Source: a virus
Lineage: Duplodnaviria; Caudoviricetes
Length of the DNA: 64,000 bases
Reading direction: 5' to 3' (one strand)
Virus record (IMG/VR): IMGVR_UViG_3300032232_001064
Span: 8,860 to 72,859 of that record
Shown here: positions 36,769-48,500 of the stretch, in pieces
Position numbering within the stretch: the first letter of the stretch is position 1
Layout: every line of letters begins with the position of its first letter
Made by a program: the position numbers and the translations under genes
The notes under the pieces: model-generated
The model's input: the letters and a program-made list of their open reading frames with translations, nothing else
Databases searched by the model: none
Told to the model about the DNA's origin: nothing

Positions 36769-39700
36769 TTCTTGCCTACCAGTCCATCAGGAATCAGAGC
36801 AAATCTGCAGGTTCCAAGAGGTTCGACAGGCATTGCAAGAATCTTGCACTCAGAGCCACCGGCGTACAAGATGCAGTTGCTGCAATTTACGCCTATCTCT
36901 GAATTTTTGTTCTCGCTTGCTGGAGTGTATCCAGCCCAAACGCCGGTGTCGTCCTCGTTAAACTTGCCGTATTTGCCGGCAATGTCAATCAGCGCCTTAG
37001 CGAGATCGCTTTCTTCAGCGATGACTGTTCCAGAACCAGCAACTAGTGCTTGATCAGCTAACGCCTTGGGGATATCGACTTCATCAGTTGCCGCTGCAGC
37101 CGACTTCTTGTCTTTCTTAGCAGCGTTGATGTTGTCGATCATGTTCGGATACGGCCTACCGGCTTTCTTAGCAGCTGCCTTTGCTGCGGCCTTTTGCGCC
37201 GGCGTTAGCGGAGTGCTTTCATCTTTTGGATTATCTTTTTCCCAAACCTTCTTGTCATCACTCTTGTTCGCAAGTTCAGCCCGCGCAGCCGCGACTCGCG
37301 CCTTCAACACAGCGACCTCCGGCGTGCTCGTCGCTGTTTCGACAGTCGAACGAGCTGAAGCAACACGAGCCTGCAGGTCGTCAACGACATTGTCGTCGAT
37401 GAGCCCAGCAGTCTTCCACCCCTCGGGGATCAAATCGGCCTTCTTAAGCGCGCGCGCACGCTTCATGATGTGACGCCGAACAGCTGCACGCTTGCTAGGC
37501 TTGGAGCGACCGTACGCTTGAATTGCGTCTTTTAGCTCAGCAACATCGCGGATCGGGTAAGAACCGTCGGGAAGTGCTTTTCCTTCGCCAGCAAGCTTTT
37601 CACGGGTCTTGGTCGAGATGTACCCAAGCTCATCATACGGAATACCTGCACGCATCTTGATCGCTAGTGCCTCGGCCTTAGCTGAAAGATCTGCAACGTG
37701 CGGAGTATCTTTTGATCCGTTGCGCAGCGCGCGGATCTGGTCAAGTGTCGAAAGCCCGGCGTGCTCCTCGAGCTTTTCGAGACGCTTTGACAGTTCCTGC
37801 AGCGGATCCGTCTTCATCTTTGCAAGCGTCATAGCGCCGGCCGCAACGAGCGCGTACACCTGGCCACTCGCAACACGAGCGCGAGCGATTGGGAATCCGG
37901 GAACGTTGACTTGACAGACTGCCACAAGTTCAAGAGAACCCTTGATCGGGCGCCAGTCACCAGAAGGGGCTGAAGCGCGTAGCGCTCGAACCTGCTCTGG
38001 TCCAGCACCAGGCCGCAAGCTTCCAGCAACCCAGATGCCGTGCGCATCTTCTCCGGCGTGTACATCTGCGATCGCTGAGCCGGTGTCGTCGTAGTGGCGA
38101 GCCGCCTCGACAGCACTTGCCTCCAACGACGCATGCCCGCCGCTTAGAGTGAGTTGACCGACAGGGTAGTCCTTGCCGTTGTCGGCGCGGACTACGCCTG
38201 TGTGAAAGTACGCGTAGTTACTCTTGCTACGCGGAGGTTTGGTGCCGAACGCCATACCGATGTGGTCAACGTGCCAAGCAGCGATATGACCGAAGACGCG
38301 ACCGGTGTCGTCTACAGTTAGCGGAGTCGGTCCTGTGAGCTTGGGGTTTTCAAACCATTCGGCAGGTGGAACGACAGGAATCGCATCAGCGATCATGCCG
38401 CACGCTACCAAGGCGTTTGCATCGAGTTCGTCGACCGAATCGACGTATACTCCGTCTGGAACATTTGCCATTTCGGCCTCCTGTGGACCTTGATTGCCGG
38501 CATCTTCGGCGATATAAATCTTGCATTCTTCGAATGCTGGCTTGGGAACGATAGTAACCGCCATCACTCGTGCCTTATCGACACTGATCTTCGAGTTGCT
38601 GATCTTCTTACTCGAAGCCTCGTCGTTTTCGTCCTCGTCTTTGTCTTCACTCGCCTCGAACTTGTCGAGGTCTGCAGAGACACCGCTGATGAATTTTTCA
38701 CGGACTAGTCTTTCGGCTTCGCGACCGTACGCTCCGTAGTCAAACACACCGTGCGCGTTTCCAATGCCGCCGTCAATTCGCTCCATGTGATCAATGCGGC
38801 CGACAACGACTGAGCCGTCGTGCCCGTCACCGGTCTTGATCTGCCACAGTAGAGGCAGCGGAAGCGTGCGCGTGTTGATCGAACCCTTTCTAAAGATTCG
38901 ACCATCGCCTGTCTCAGTATCTTCTGGAATTACAAGAGGAATGACAAACTTTGCTCCGTACATCGGAGTCTCGATCCCGTTGCCGCTAGCGACGACTACA
39001 CGATTCTTCGCATCTGCAATAGCGGCTCTGAGTCTTGCTTGCTCGATCACTTGAGCTTCGTCTGCGACATCAAATGCAGTAAACGCACTTGAACGGATAT
39101 TCCGCTTGCCGACGTTGAACTTACTACCAGTCCACACGCCGGTTGCTTCCTTGTGGCGAAGTGCGCAGTAGCCTTTTGCGCGAACGCCCATGTACTTAAT
39201 GAGGTGATGATAGCAACGCGTCCAGTCGCCAGGAGTGTTCCAGCGGATCTTCAACGCGCCGCGGCCATAGAGCCAGTAGTGACGTAGCTTTTCGGCATTG
39301 CCTCTGTTGCGATCAGCTCCACCTTCTGCAAGAAGAGGATTGATCTCAGCAGTCTGCAGTTCGAGAAGTCTTTTTCCAATGCTGCTAAGTTCAAGGTGTG
39401 CCGACGCTGTGACTACACTGTCGACCTGCTGAAGAACGTCTTGGTAGACCTCTTCGTTCAATGCAACGACAGGCGGTGGCGTCGCTGACTTGAGGTCAGA
39501 CATGATCTGCTCATCCTGAACCCACTTGCCGTCAACACGCTTAAATGTTGTCGGTACCGTCGAGTTCGTCGACGCCGGAATTACAGCGACGAGATCCATG
39601 ACAGCGGCGGGGTCATCAGGCGAAACAACTGCAATGTGAAGAGGCTGCACATCGCTTGTTTCAGGCGTCAGCGGCTCACCAAGGCCTTCAACAGGCTTTT

Positions 39701-41441
39701 GCTCAGCATCTACTTCAGGCTTTTCAGTCGTCGCAGCTGAAGTGATCGGGCTGTACCAGAGACTATTTCCAGGTTTCTTGAGCCAATTCTGAAGAAGAGG
39801 ATGGTCGTATGCACTGTCGTATAGACGATGACCAGACGACTTTTCAAGACCCTTAAGGTAGTCGCTGCGCTCATGTTTCGGAGCATTGTCGCCAGGAGCT
39901 TGAACCGTCTTTGGCCCGTTTGCTGTGCTTCCTGCTGGCGTGGCGGGCGCGTTGGCTGGTTGAACTTTTCCACGCTGCGACGCGACCCACGCAGGGAAGT
40001 CAGAAATGATCTGCTGAAGATCAGCCGGACCAAGAGCCGGTAGTCCGCCAGGAATAGTGGCATTCGGTCGATCAATTGGCGCTCGCGGCTGGCCAAGAAT
40101 TCCAGACGTATCGAGTGGCGCTTGATCTGTCTTCGGGTCCTCAGGTTGTTGCACCATTGTCGGAACGTTTTCAGGAGCGTACGCCTCTGTCTGCGTGGCC
40201 GGAACTTCCTGAGTCGAACCGTCGTCCATTTTCACGGTCACGGTGCCGGTCTGCTGGTTGATTCTCGTGATGCTACCGGTCTTTGTCGGATCACCGCCGA
40301 CAGAAACACGACCGCCCATCTTCGCGAACTTGCCGCCCTTATCGCGGACTTGGCGCTTAGCGTTTGCTGCACGCTCTTTCGGAGTGTAGCCGTCAGGTGT
40401 AGCACTAGTCGGAGGAGCGGGAGGAAGCACTTCACCGGCCGCTATGATTGTCGAATCGACAAGTACCCAGTCAATTTCATCAGCGGCAGCGGCAACAAGT
40501 TCGGCCTCATAGTCGTCGAGGTCTTCGACCTGCACAGACGTGAACGGTCGCTCCTGAAGTCGTGCAGAAATGATCAAGGCAGATTCAGGATCAATAAGTA
40601 TGTGATGCTTTTCGCACGTATCGTGTGGATGATCCAGCGACCGGTCGAAGGTCGCAATGTCGGAACCTGAATGTCCTAGATCGTCCCAGCCGGCTCCGTC
40701 CCAAACGAACGCTTGGCCTTCTTGGTTGATCATATATAGACGATCAATTCCGGCGCCGTCAAGTCGAACTCGTGCCGCAAACTCAGGCGCGTTTGGTTGG
40801 CCCTCGTATGCGCGACCCATCTCGAACATGTCGATATCTGTGCCGTAGTTTTCGTAGATATCTTCATTGTTCTTGGATACGAAGCCGCCTGCAGATACGG
40901 CCTTATTCTCGCGCTCGACGATCTGCTTAGCCCACTTCCACGCCGCGTCGCCGCCCCAAAGAGCCCACGCAATCCGTCCGTTCGAGGGATAGTTCTTATG
41001 ACCGGGTCTGTACCCAGGTGCCTTCTTGTCGACCTCGTGTCGCGGGAAGTACTTCGCAATGTGACGTACCTTATTGAGTCCGATCTGGCCACCGTTTGCA
41101 AGTATGCGTGCGGTGTTCAGTCCGACAGGAGTCCCGCCGCGATGATGCTCCTTGTGCCATTCAAGGGCCTTTTTAGCCTCTTCCTGAGCACCCTTAGGAA
41201 TTGTGTACATCCTAGCAGAAGCGGTAATTGTCTGCACTGAAAGATCAGAAAGTGCGCCGGCAGCTAGCTCAGAATGAATATCATCTGCTTGCTGAACATC
41301 TTGGTTCCACGGCTGTAGCACGAGAAGGTCAGACAGCAGTCCGACCTCTTCAACCATATTCATTAGCTTGTCGATAACGACGGCGTTAGACCCATCAGCA
41401 AAAAGCGCGTAGCGCTCTGCTTCTCCGTAGAGCTCGATCAT
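36765..41441 (-). CDS. capsid maturation protease polyprotein (multi-domain)
   Basis: Contains RIAWALWGGD domain, GNAEKLRHYW...GDWTRC domain, protease core (ETGDGRIF...GHDGSVVVGRID...GVSADLD), GRVFGHIAAW...SGDWR..LELVAV region, ALPDGSYPIRDVAELKDAI domain and a C-terminal Cys4 motif. Confidence 0.8.
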   Translation of the reverse strand: MIELYGEAERYALFADGSNAVVIDKLMNMVEEVGLLSDLLVLQPWNQDVQQADDIHSELAAGALSDLSVQTITASARMYTIPKGAQEEAKKALEWHKEHHRGGTPVGLNTARILANGGQIGLNKVRHIAKYFPRHEVDKKAPGYRPGHKNYPSNGRIAWALWGGDAAWKWAKQIVERENKAVSAGGFVSKNNEDIYENYGTDIDMFEMGRAYEGQPNAPEFAARVRLDGAGIDRLYMINQEGQAFVWDGAGWDDLGHSGSDIATFDRSLDHPHDTCEKHHILIDPESALIISARLQERPFTSVQVEDLDDYEAELVAAAADEIDWVLVDSTIIAAGEVLPPAPPTSATPDGYTPKERAANAKRQVRDKGGKFAKMGGRVSVGGDPTKTGSITRINQQTGTVTVKMDDGSTQEVPATQTEAYAPENVPTMVQQPEDPKTDQAPLDTSGILGQPRAPIDRPNATIPGGLPALGPADLQQIISDFPAWVASQRGKVQPANAPATPAGSTANGPKTVQAPGDNAPKHERSDYLKGLEKSSGHRLYDSAYDHPLLQNWLKKPGNSLWYSPITSAATTEKPEVDAEQKPVEGLGEPLTPETSDVQPLHIAVVSPDDPAAVMDLVAVIPASTNSTVPTTFKRVDGKWVQDEQIMSDLKSATPPPVVALNEEVYQDVLQQVDSVVTASAHLELSSIGKRLLELQTAEINPLLAEGGADRNRGNAEKLRHYWLYGRGALKIRWNTPGDWTRCYHHLIKYMGVRAKGYCALRHKEATGVWTGSKFNVGKRNIRSSAFTAFDVADEAQVIEQARLRAAIADAKNRVVVASGNGIETPMYGAKFVIPLVIPEDTETGDGRIFRKGSINTRTLPLPLLWQIKTGDGHDGSVVVGRIDHMERIDGGIGNAHGVFDYGAYGREAERLVREKFISGVSADLDKFEASEDKDEDENDEASSKKISNSKISVDKARVMAVTIVPKPAFEECKIYIAEDAGNQGPQEAEMANVPDGVYVDSVDELDANALVACGMIADAIPVVPPAEWFENPKLTGPTPLTVDDTGRVFGHIAAWHVDHIGMAFGTKPPRSKSNYAYFHTGVVRADNGKDYPVGQLTLSGGHASLEASAVEAARHYDDTGSAIADVHAGEDAHGIWVAGSLRPGAGPEQVRALRASAPSGDWRPIKGSLELVAVCQVNVPGFPIARARVASGQVYALVAAGAMTLAKMKTDPLQELSKRLEKLEEHAGLSTLDQIRALRNGSKDTPHVADLSAKAEALAIKMRAGIPYDELGYISTKTREKLAGEGKALPDGSYPIRDVAELKDAIQAYGRSKPSKRAAVRRHIMKRARALKKADLIPEGWKTAGLIDDNVVDDLQARVASARSTVETATSTPEVAVLKARVAAARAELANKSDDKKVWEKDNPKDESTPLTPAQKAAAKAAAKKAGRPYPNMIDNINAAKKDKKSAAAATDEVDIPKALADQALVAGSGTVIAEESDLAKALIDIAGKYGKFNEDDTGVWAGYTPASENKNSEIGVNCSNCILYAGGSECKILAMPVEPLGTCRFALIPDGLVGKK

Positions 41442-42166
41442 TGTTCAGCACCCTCGCTCTTAGTAGATTCATCAGTGATCGGGCCACCAACGGCCCACGC
41501 GTCACATGTGCGGCTTGCCGCGCACTTGAAATCGAATGCCTCACAGTAGCCAAGTTCGGCCGCATCAATTGCGTCCCACGCATTCTGCCTACTGGAGTCG
41601 CCTTGCTCGAGCCCGCTCGCGATGCAGTCTCTCATCTTCGTAGTGACCACAAAAAAGACGCAATTACCGCAGAGACTCTTTTTTGCTTCGTCAGGAGTTA
41701 CCGACCAGTTGTCAGCTTTTTGCTGCCAAAATTCGTCGTTGTCTTCGTTCGGATTTAGAGGACCGTACGCAGCGGCTTTTATTGCGCGTTTGCGATTCTT
41801 TAGGTTGACTGTGATGTCCGATGTTGCGACAGGGCACTTGTCGTCGGCAGCCGCCGTGACAGCGCTTTTCGCAGGCTTCTGTTGAATTCGATCAACAGGG
41901 ATTGACATCTGCATTTTGTCATATTGATCAATGAACTCAGCATCGACAAAGTCTAGAGAGTACTTTGGATCGTCAATGTCATTGATGAACTCCGCATCAA
42001 CCTTTATCCAACCACCGCGCTCGCGGACAAATGTCGCGCGCTTTTCAATGCTTGAAAAAACTAGGTATTCGACCTCGCCAGTGTCTGTATCTTCTACTGC
42101 ATACAGGTCATCGCCTTGTTGCAATTGCTGTGGCCACCTAAGTTTTTGACCGGTATCTGTAGTCAC
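41438..42166 (-). CDS. hypothetical head-module protein with Cys-rich C-terminal domain
   Basis: NLKNRKRAI...YGPLNP...CGNC...GYC...KCAASRTCDAW. Confidence 0.75.
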   Translation of the reverse strand: MTTDTGQKLRWPQQLQQGDDLYAVEDTDTGEVEYLVFSSIEKRATFVRERGGWIKVDAEFINDIDDPKYSLDFVDAEFIDQYDKMQMSIPVDRIQQKPAKSAVTAAADDKCPVATSDITVNLKNRKRAIKAAAYGPLNPNEDNDEFWQQKADNWSVTPDEAKKSLCGNCVFFVVTTKMRDCIASGLEQGDSSRQNAWDAIDAAELGYCEAFDFKCAASRTCDAWAVGGPITDESTKSEGAEQ

Positions 42167-42534
42167 TTTTCGGTGTCCTTACTTGAATCATCAGCGATTT
42201 TGACGCCAGGAATGTCGTCATCCTCGATTGCTCTAATCATATACTCAACGCCACCGCTCGAGAATTTAAAGAGACCCTGTTCTTCGCTAAAGACAAACTT
42301 TGAGTTTTTGTCTAGAGGATACTGTCCTTGCCCTGTTGGACTGACGATCATTACAGCGCCGTTCGGGCCGTACATTAAAGAATTAGGCGATTTGCTTAGA
42401 TCATATGCAGCGTAGATGACACGTTTTCTACCGTCATACGCGCCAGACAGGCACTCGAAAATTGCTACTTCAGAAAGTTCATTTCTGTCAGCATTCGGCC
42501 CAGACGTGTCGAGTAGCTTTAGTTTACGAGTCAT
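42163..42534 (-). CDS. hypothetical protein
   Basis: 123-aa coupled ORF with GGGAG RBS. Confidence 0.7.
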   Translation of the reverse strand: MTRKLKLLDTSGPNADRNELSEVAIFECLSGAYDGRKRVIYAAYDLSKSPNSLMYGPNGAVMIVSPTGQGQYPLDKNSKFVFSEEQGLFKFSSGGVEYMIRAIEDDDIPGVKIADDSSKDTEK

Positions 42535-42552
42535 GCTTAGATTCTCCCACGA

Positions 42553-45500
42553 CTAGCGGTAAGCTGGACCGAATTTCTTCAATCCACCGGAGCTTCCATA
42601 TAGGTAATTAACAATCATTGTTCTGACATCGTCTGGGAGATCAAGACGAAGCATTACTAGAAGAGCGTCGTACACATCCTCTCCACTCATTTGACCGCCC
42701 CTAAACGCGTACATAATCGCATCGACTGTTTTAAGACGATCTTGAGCTAGGTCAAATCCTGCTAGTTCCTCACCTGAATGTCCGTATTTTCCAAACTTTA
42801 CCCATTTAGGACTGTCAGGATCTAAAGCTTGTACTTCTTGAAGACCAAGTATTGCAAGTCTTCTTGGCTCAGTACTGTTGAAACTCTCTATGCGAAAGAC
42901 TAATGGAGTGCCGTTGCCTGTTGTTTTGTACGCAATAATTTGACCTGTCTTTGGATTGTAGAGTGCGATCTTTGGGACGCCTGTTACGCCACCCAAATTA
43001 TCCATGCCCCAAAGGTCGTAGTTATTAGAAAGAGGGCCGTTTCGATCGTCTCTTGCCGATTCAATAAAGTCACGAGCGTTCGGCGCGTCCTCTACTAAGC
43101 GCTCTCCAAATTTTTCAAGTTCTGCTTTCTCAAAACGGCCTCTTTCAGTTACTGGTCCTCGTCCTGCGATTCCAATGAAATCTTCAATTGGGATTCCGTT
43201 GATTTCGGAGACGTTTCTTTGTCTAAGAAGATCAAGGACCACAGTTCTTTGGTCTTCACTGACAACGATGGCTGTTGCGTCCAACAGCGACGCGTGGTTC
43301 TTGAGCATAAACTCGTAGTATCCAGTGCCAATGTTAGCAAGATAGTCGTCATGTGCTGCGGTAGCGCCAAATAGATCATCGCTGTTGGCCCACGTGTCAA
43401 CTCTACGAAGCACTTTGTGATCATCGAAGATCACTGTAGCTGTTCCAGAATATGTTAGGTGCTCGTCTATGAGATGCGGACTCTGCATCTCTCCTTTTTG
43501 AGAAAGAAACACGTAGTCACCTGCACCTGACTTAAGGTCGTCAGACGTGCTAAGACCTTCGTAAATGAGTCCAAGTTGGAATCGCTGAGCCGCTGACATC
43601 AAAGCTCCCGGGCTGTTGTCCCCGTTCAAAATGATGTTTACAAGATATTCGGCTTTTCTTTCAGCTGTTACGCCATGCAGACTAAAGTCGTGAGTTAGAC
43701 CGCTTAATTTAGTTTTTTCAATGATCTTGTCAGCTAACTCTTGTGGACCGAGAACGTCGATAAAACCAGATGAGTTGGTTCTGACTGTAAAGTCTTCAGG
43801 TGCTACGCCAAAATCTTTTTTAATCTGAGCAAGGTAGTATTCTGCATCAGTTGGATTTCGAACTCCAGAAAGTGATCGTATGAGTTTTTTTCCAACAGCA
43901 AGATGAAGATCAGCCGGCGCGGCCTGACGTGGTTCTTTGACCCCTAACACAGCAAGCGCGTCTTGGACTGCCTCGTCTGACGGATACGTTTCACTAAACT
44001 CTATGTTGACAGCGTTAGCCGTCACACTAGGTTTCTGGCCATGCAGTTGCGAAAAATCTCTTGGCATCGCAACGATACGAAATCGCTTGTCAGGATCGAG
44101 ATACTCAAATGCTTCTGTATTTGCGCCGTACACGTAATCAGACCAAGACATTTTGCTTGGGTCTGAACTAAATGTTCCTGATACAGGATCGAATGTTCTG
44201 TATTCGATTCCTGAACCTTCTTTATGCTGTTTCCATCCGTCTTTTTTGCCACGCGCCTTGTTGTAGAGCTTAAATCCAGTAGCTTCAGTAAGCTTTAATG
44301 TCATTACGTGGCGAAGTTCCTGTCCACCGAGGTCGTCCGACTTTGAGCCGAACCTCTCAAGTACGCTGACTTTTACCACAAGGTCCTCAATGTCATCGCC
44401 GTCGACAAGTGACGCCATGATCGCTTGCGGCGTCCCTGACGTCTTACTCATTGCCTCTTGAAGCGACCCAGAACCTTCAATGTGCGATGAACTAAAGTCA
44501 CCGATAGGAAGCACGTTTGGATCGACTTCAGGTGCTTCTACGGGCTCGGGCGCGACAGGTTCTGGAGTTTCAGTAGCGGGTGGCTTGTCTATTGATTCAA
44601 GACGAATTCTTGTTGTTGGAAGAAACTCTGTGATCTCGCCGTATTCTTCGTCAACAGAGAGTGGCATCATGTACGGCTCAACCGAAACGACGCGGTATTT
44701 GCCGTTTGACACGACAGACTCGACTTCGTAGGGGAGTGCTGACGTTCCAGAAATATTAAATGCTTGAACACCATCAACTACGAGTACGACATCTCCAGTG
44801 TCCAAAAGCTGTGACTTAGCATAGTCAGACGGCGATCCTTGAAAAGCGCCATTGTCAAATTCTCTGACTACGTTTCCTAGGTTGTTCTCGAAAGTCCACG
44901 AAGACGGACGAAGATCGAACTCTTGGCCGACGTACGACAACTGATGCAGCGGGTGCGATTCATCATTGAGCGGCACGTCAAACTTGACCCAACGGGCGTA
45001 TGACGTGTTCTCTTTTACGCCAGCCGAACGCATTGCCCGCAGGAATGCTGACGCCGGCGTCATCTCTTTGTCAATCAGCGATGGATCGTCGTAGTACCGA
45101 GCAAGGTCAGTGTAGAACGACTCAGGCGTGAGCTTTCCTTTACCGATCATGGTCATGTAGACGTAATCTTCAACGCCCGTTATCGGCTTGTCTTTTGGAG
45201 TTCTTTTGAATGTTGAAGTCTCCTTCATTGCTTCTTGCGGACCAGCCTCTGTGAATATTGCTATTCCAGCGCGTAGGTTCTGCAGCAACGCGAATTCTTC
45301 TGATGCGGCATAGAGTGCGTCAGAATCTCCAAGCATTTCAATCATCTCTATCGCATTTGTAGCTTCTTGATCAACTACTCCAGAATCTCTAAACTCAGCG
45401 AGGTGATTGACCCAATTTGCGGTGAACTCTGATCCAACGGCGTTCGGTCCCTCGGCGATCATCTTTTCGAGCAACTCTTTGTCGCGCGGTGTGTGATCTG

Positions 45501-48500
45501 GAGCGGCGTTCGAACCCTCCTGCGTGAGGTCGGGTGTCGCGACGTGCGTACCGAGCTTTGTTGTCATTTCAGGCGTGTTGACTGGGGCGCCTGACGGAGG
45601 AGCGAAAGCTGGTTTTGGCTTCTCTTCAGCTTTTTTTATTGATTCGATTTGGTCGTTATAGCCCCAAAATTCTGTTCCATCGCTATTGCGGATTACAAAA
45701 CCCGGTTCGCCATTTTTGACATCATCTTGGATCTCGACAACGGTGCCTGTTCTTAGATCACCACCTGTGGCACGATATGTGAGAGTGTCGCCGACGCTAA
45801 ATCCGTACTTGCCGTCGTTTGGCGACGGCTTTAGCGGTCCAGGCTCGGCATCAGTCGCTGGTACTTGCTGAATTCCATTGCTTGGCGCCGGCTTGCGTTC
45901 CTCTTCGCCGCCGGCCCAAGCCTCTTCCTTTTTCTGCTCTTCGACATTCTCACGTAGAGCTTCTGTTGTACCGGCTTCAGGCTCTCCAGCCTCTCCTCCG
46001 CCTCCACTATCAGGCGCGGGGCCGGGTTCAACAACACCGACGGGACCCTCGCCGTCATCACGGCCATTCATTTCTTCGAGCAGTCGTAGTTGCTCTTCGA
46101 GGTTCTTAGGCTTCTTACTTTCGGGAACCTTGCCAGTGTCCAGCCACGGAGAATTGTCGTCGCCTTCCTTGATCACAGTCAAGGTCTTTGTGTTCTTTGA
46201 AGTGGTGTTGGCCTTCGGGCCCCACTTACCTTTCTTGACCTTGTCCGGATCACGAGGATCGACGTCTTGAATGATGTAGACGTTGATGTAGTCTGCTTCA
46301 TTGTAGCGAATAACGGTTCCAGCAAATCCCCACTTGTCTCGGACACGCATGCCGGGAGTGATGAAGATTCCTTCCTTGCTATAGCCGAGGCCGCTGCCGT
46401 CAGGAGGAAGACCCTTTCCGATCGGACGGTCAGCGAAGAGACGATGCAAGTTAGTGATGCTCGCACGAGTGAATATAGTGTTTGGTCCCTTTTCAGGCAA
46501 CCCGTCGAGCTTGGCGCTGAGATCTTGAAGCTCGCTTGCGGCCTCTTCGAACGTGATGTCGCCCTTTGTATAGCGATCAGCGATGTCAAGTGCTTCGTTA
46601 AGAAGGTCCTTGAACTGCTTCGTTTGGCTTGGCATTCCCTTTAGAGCATCGAGTGTGTCATTGAGATCTGCAACGATCTCTGACATTTGCTCGTCGAATT
46701 CGGGAGTGTTGACAGGCGGCAGACTACCAGTCGGCTCTACACCGTCCGGCGTCTCAGGGGTACCGGTTTCGCCGGCAGAAACTTCCTCATGAGGAACTTC
46801 AGGTGTGGCGGCATTTCGCTCTTCTGTAGACTGCAGCTCTGCGTTGAGCTTCGCGTCGACAGCCTCAGCGACTTTTTCGTTGTAGAACGCCTGTGCCTCT
46901 TCGAGAGTCTTCTTGTTTCCAACATTGACGTTGTCAACTGTGACGTCCCAATTGCCGTAGTAGTCTTCGCGCAGGTAGCTTGATTCGTTGCCCTTAGCGT
47001 CCCACTCACCGTCACCATTGTCAACAAGTTCGTACTTGTCGAGCTCAGCTTTACGAACAGCTGGGTCAATGGCGGCAGGCGCCTCAGGAGCTTGCGGAGT
47101 CTCTACAACTTCAGGCGCATTAGGCGCTTCAGATACCTCAGGTACCTCAGGCGCTTCAGGTGCCTGCGGAGTTTCTGGAACCTCCGGCGCGTTAGGTGCC
47201 TCGGGTGCGCCAGGTGGCGGAAGGTCAACGGCGGGACCTGTCGGCGGAGCCATGAAATCAACGGGCTCGCCTGTCGGCGGCGCGAATCCTTCAGGCACGT
47301 TCTTGCCCGGAACATTCGGCAACTCGTCGTCATTCGATGTGTAGCCATAGACCCAGTCCAGCGCACCAGGATCGAGACGCTTCTTAGCGCGAGTTACAGC
47401 GACATACGCGAGACGCATTTCTTCGGGAGACGGCATGATCGTCTCGCCAGTGTTCTTGTCAATGCGCGGGCCCCAGAAGTCGTCATAGATCTTGACATTG
47501 TCCCATTCAAGACCCTTTGAGCGGTGTGCTGTCGTGACAACAACATCGATGCCTTCATCTCCACCTGAAAGCGATTTCTTCAGCTTGTTGACTGCATCCG
47601 CTCGGCCTTCAGGGGACGAAACGCTGCGAACCCAGGTCTTGTTGTCCTTATTCCAAGCAAATCCAGCAGCTTTGATCTGATCTTTTACGTCAAACGTGGC
47701 GCCACCAAGAGCGATGGTGTCGCCAGTTACAGAGTAGTTCAACGGGCCCTTTGGCGTATCAACGACAAGGCCACTCATGCCGCTGCTCATGTCTACAGCA
47801 TCGACAAGATCGACTGGCTTTGCTTTACCGTCTTCACCGCCCTTATGGACTTTGACCCGGCTAAGCATGTCGTTTAGACCGTCGATACCAATCTCGTCGA
47901 TCAGGTCTACGAACAGTTTGAGGCGGCGATTTTCGCCGTCTTTCGCATCCTTGAGAACCTCATCCCAGGAACGGTACTGCGCCAATTCATCGCTTATATT
48001 CTTTGGCTTTTCAGCAGGGAAGGCACCGTCCATCAGCCAACGAGCTGTGTCGCTGAAGTCCTCAAGGCTGTTCTTGTAGTTAGCAGAAACGCCAACCGTA
48101 CGACCAAGTTCGAGTTGATCAAAGATCGCCTTTATGGCACCGGCGTTTGAACGCACGAGCACGGCATCTGCGTTGTCCATCGATCCACGGTCAACTATTT
48201 CGCCATCAGGCCCAGCACCCTCGATGCGGTACTTTGAACCTAGAAGCGACAAGAACCTGTTGCCGATTCCAGCGACTTGAGGACCAAATCTCCAAGACTT
48301 CGTCAGTGGTAGATCGTGAGTTGCCTCGACCTTTTGAAGTTCGTCTTCCGCTCCACGGAATGCGTAAATCGCTTGATTGCCGTCGCCGACATACACCTTT
48401 TGGATGCTCTGGTCGGCGATAACCTTACCGATGACGGGGTTGATGTCTTGTGCTTCGTCGAAGAAGATTGTATTGGCAGGAGTCTTAAGCCCGGCGCCCT

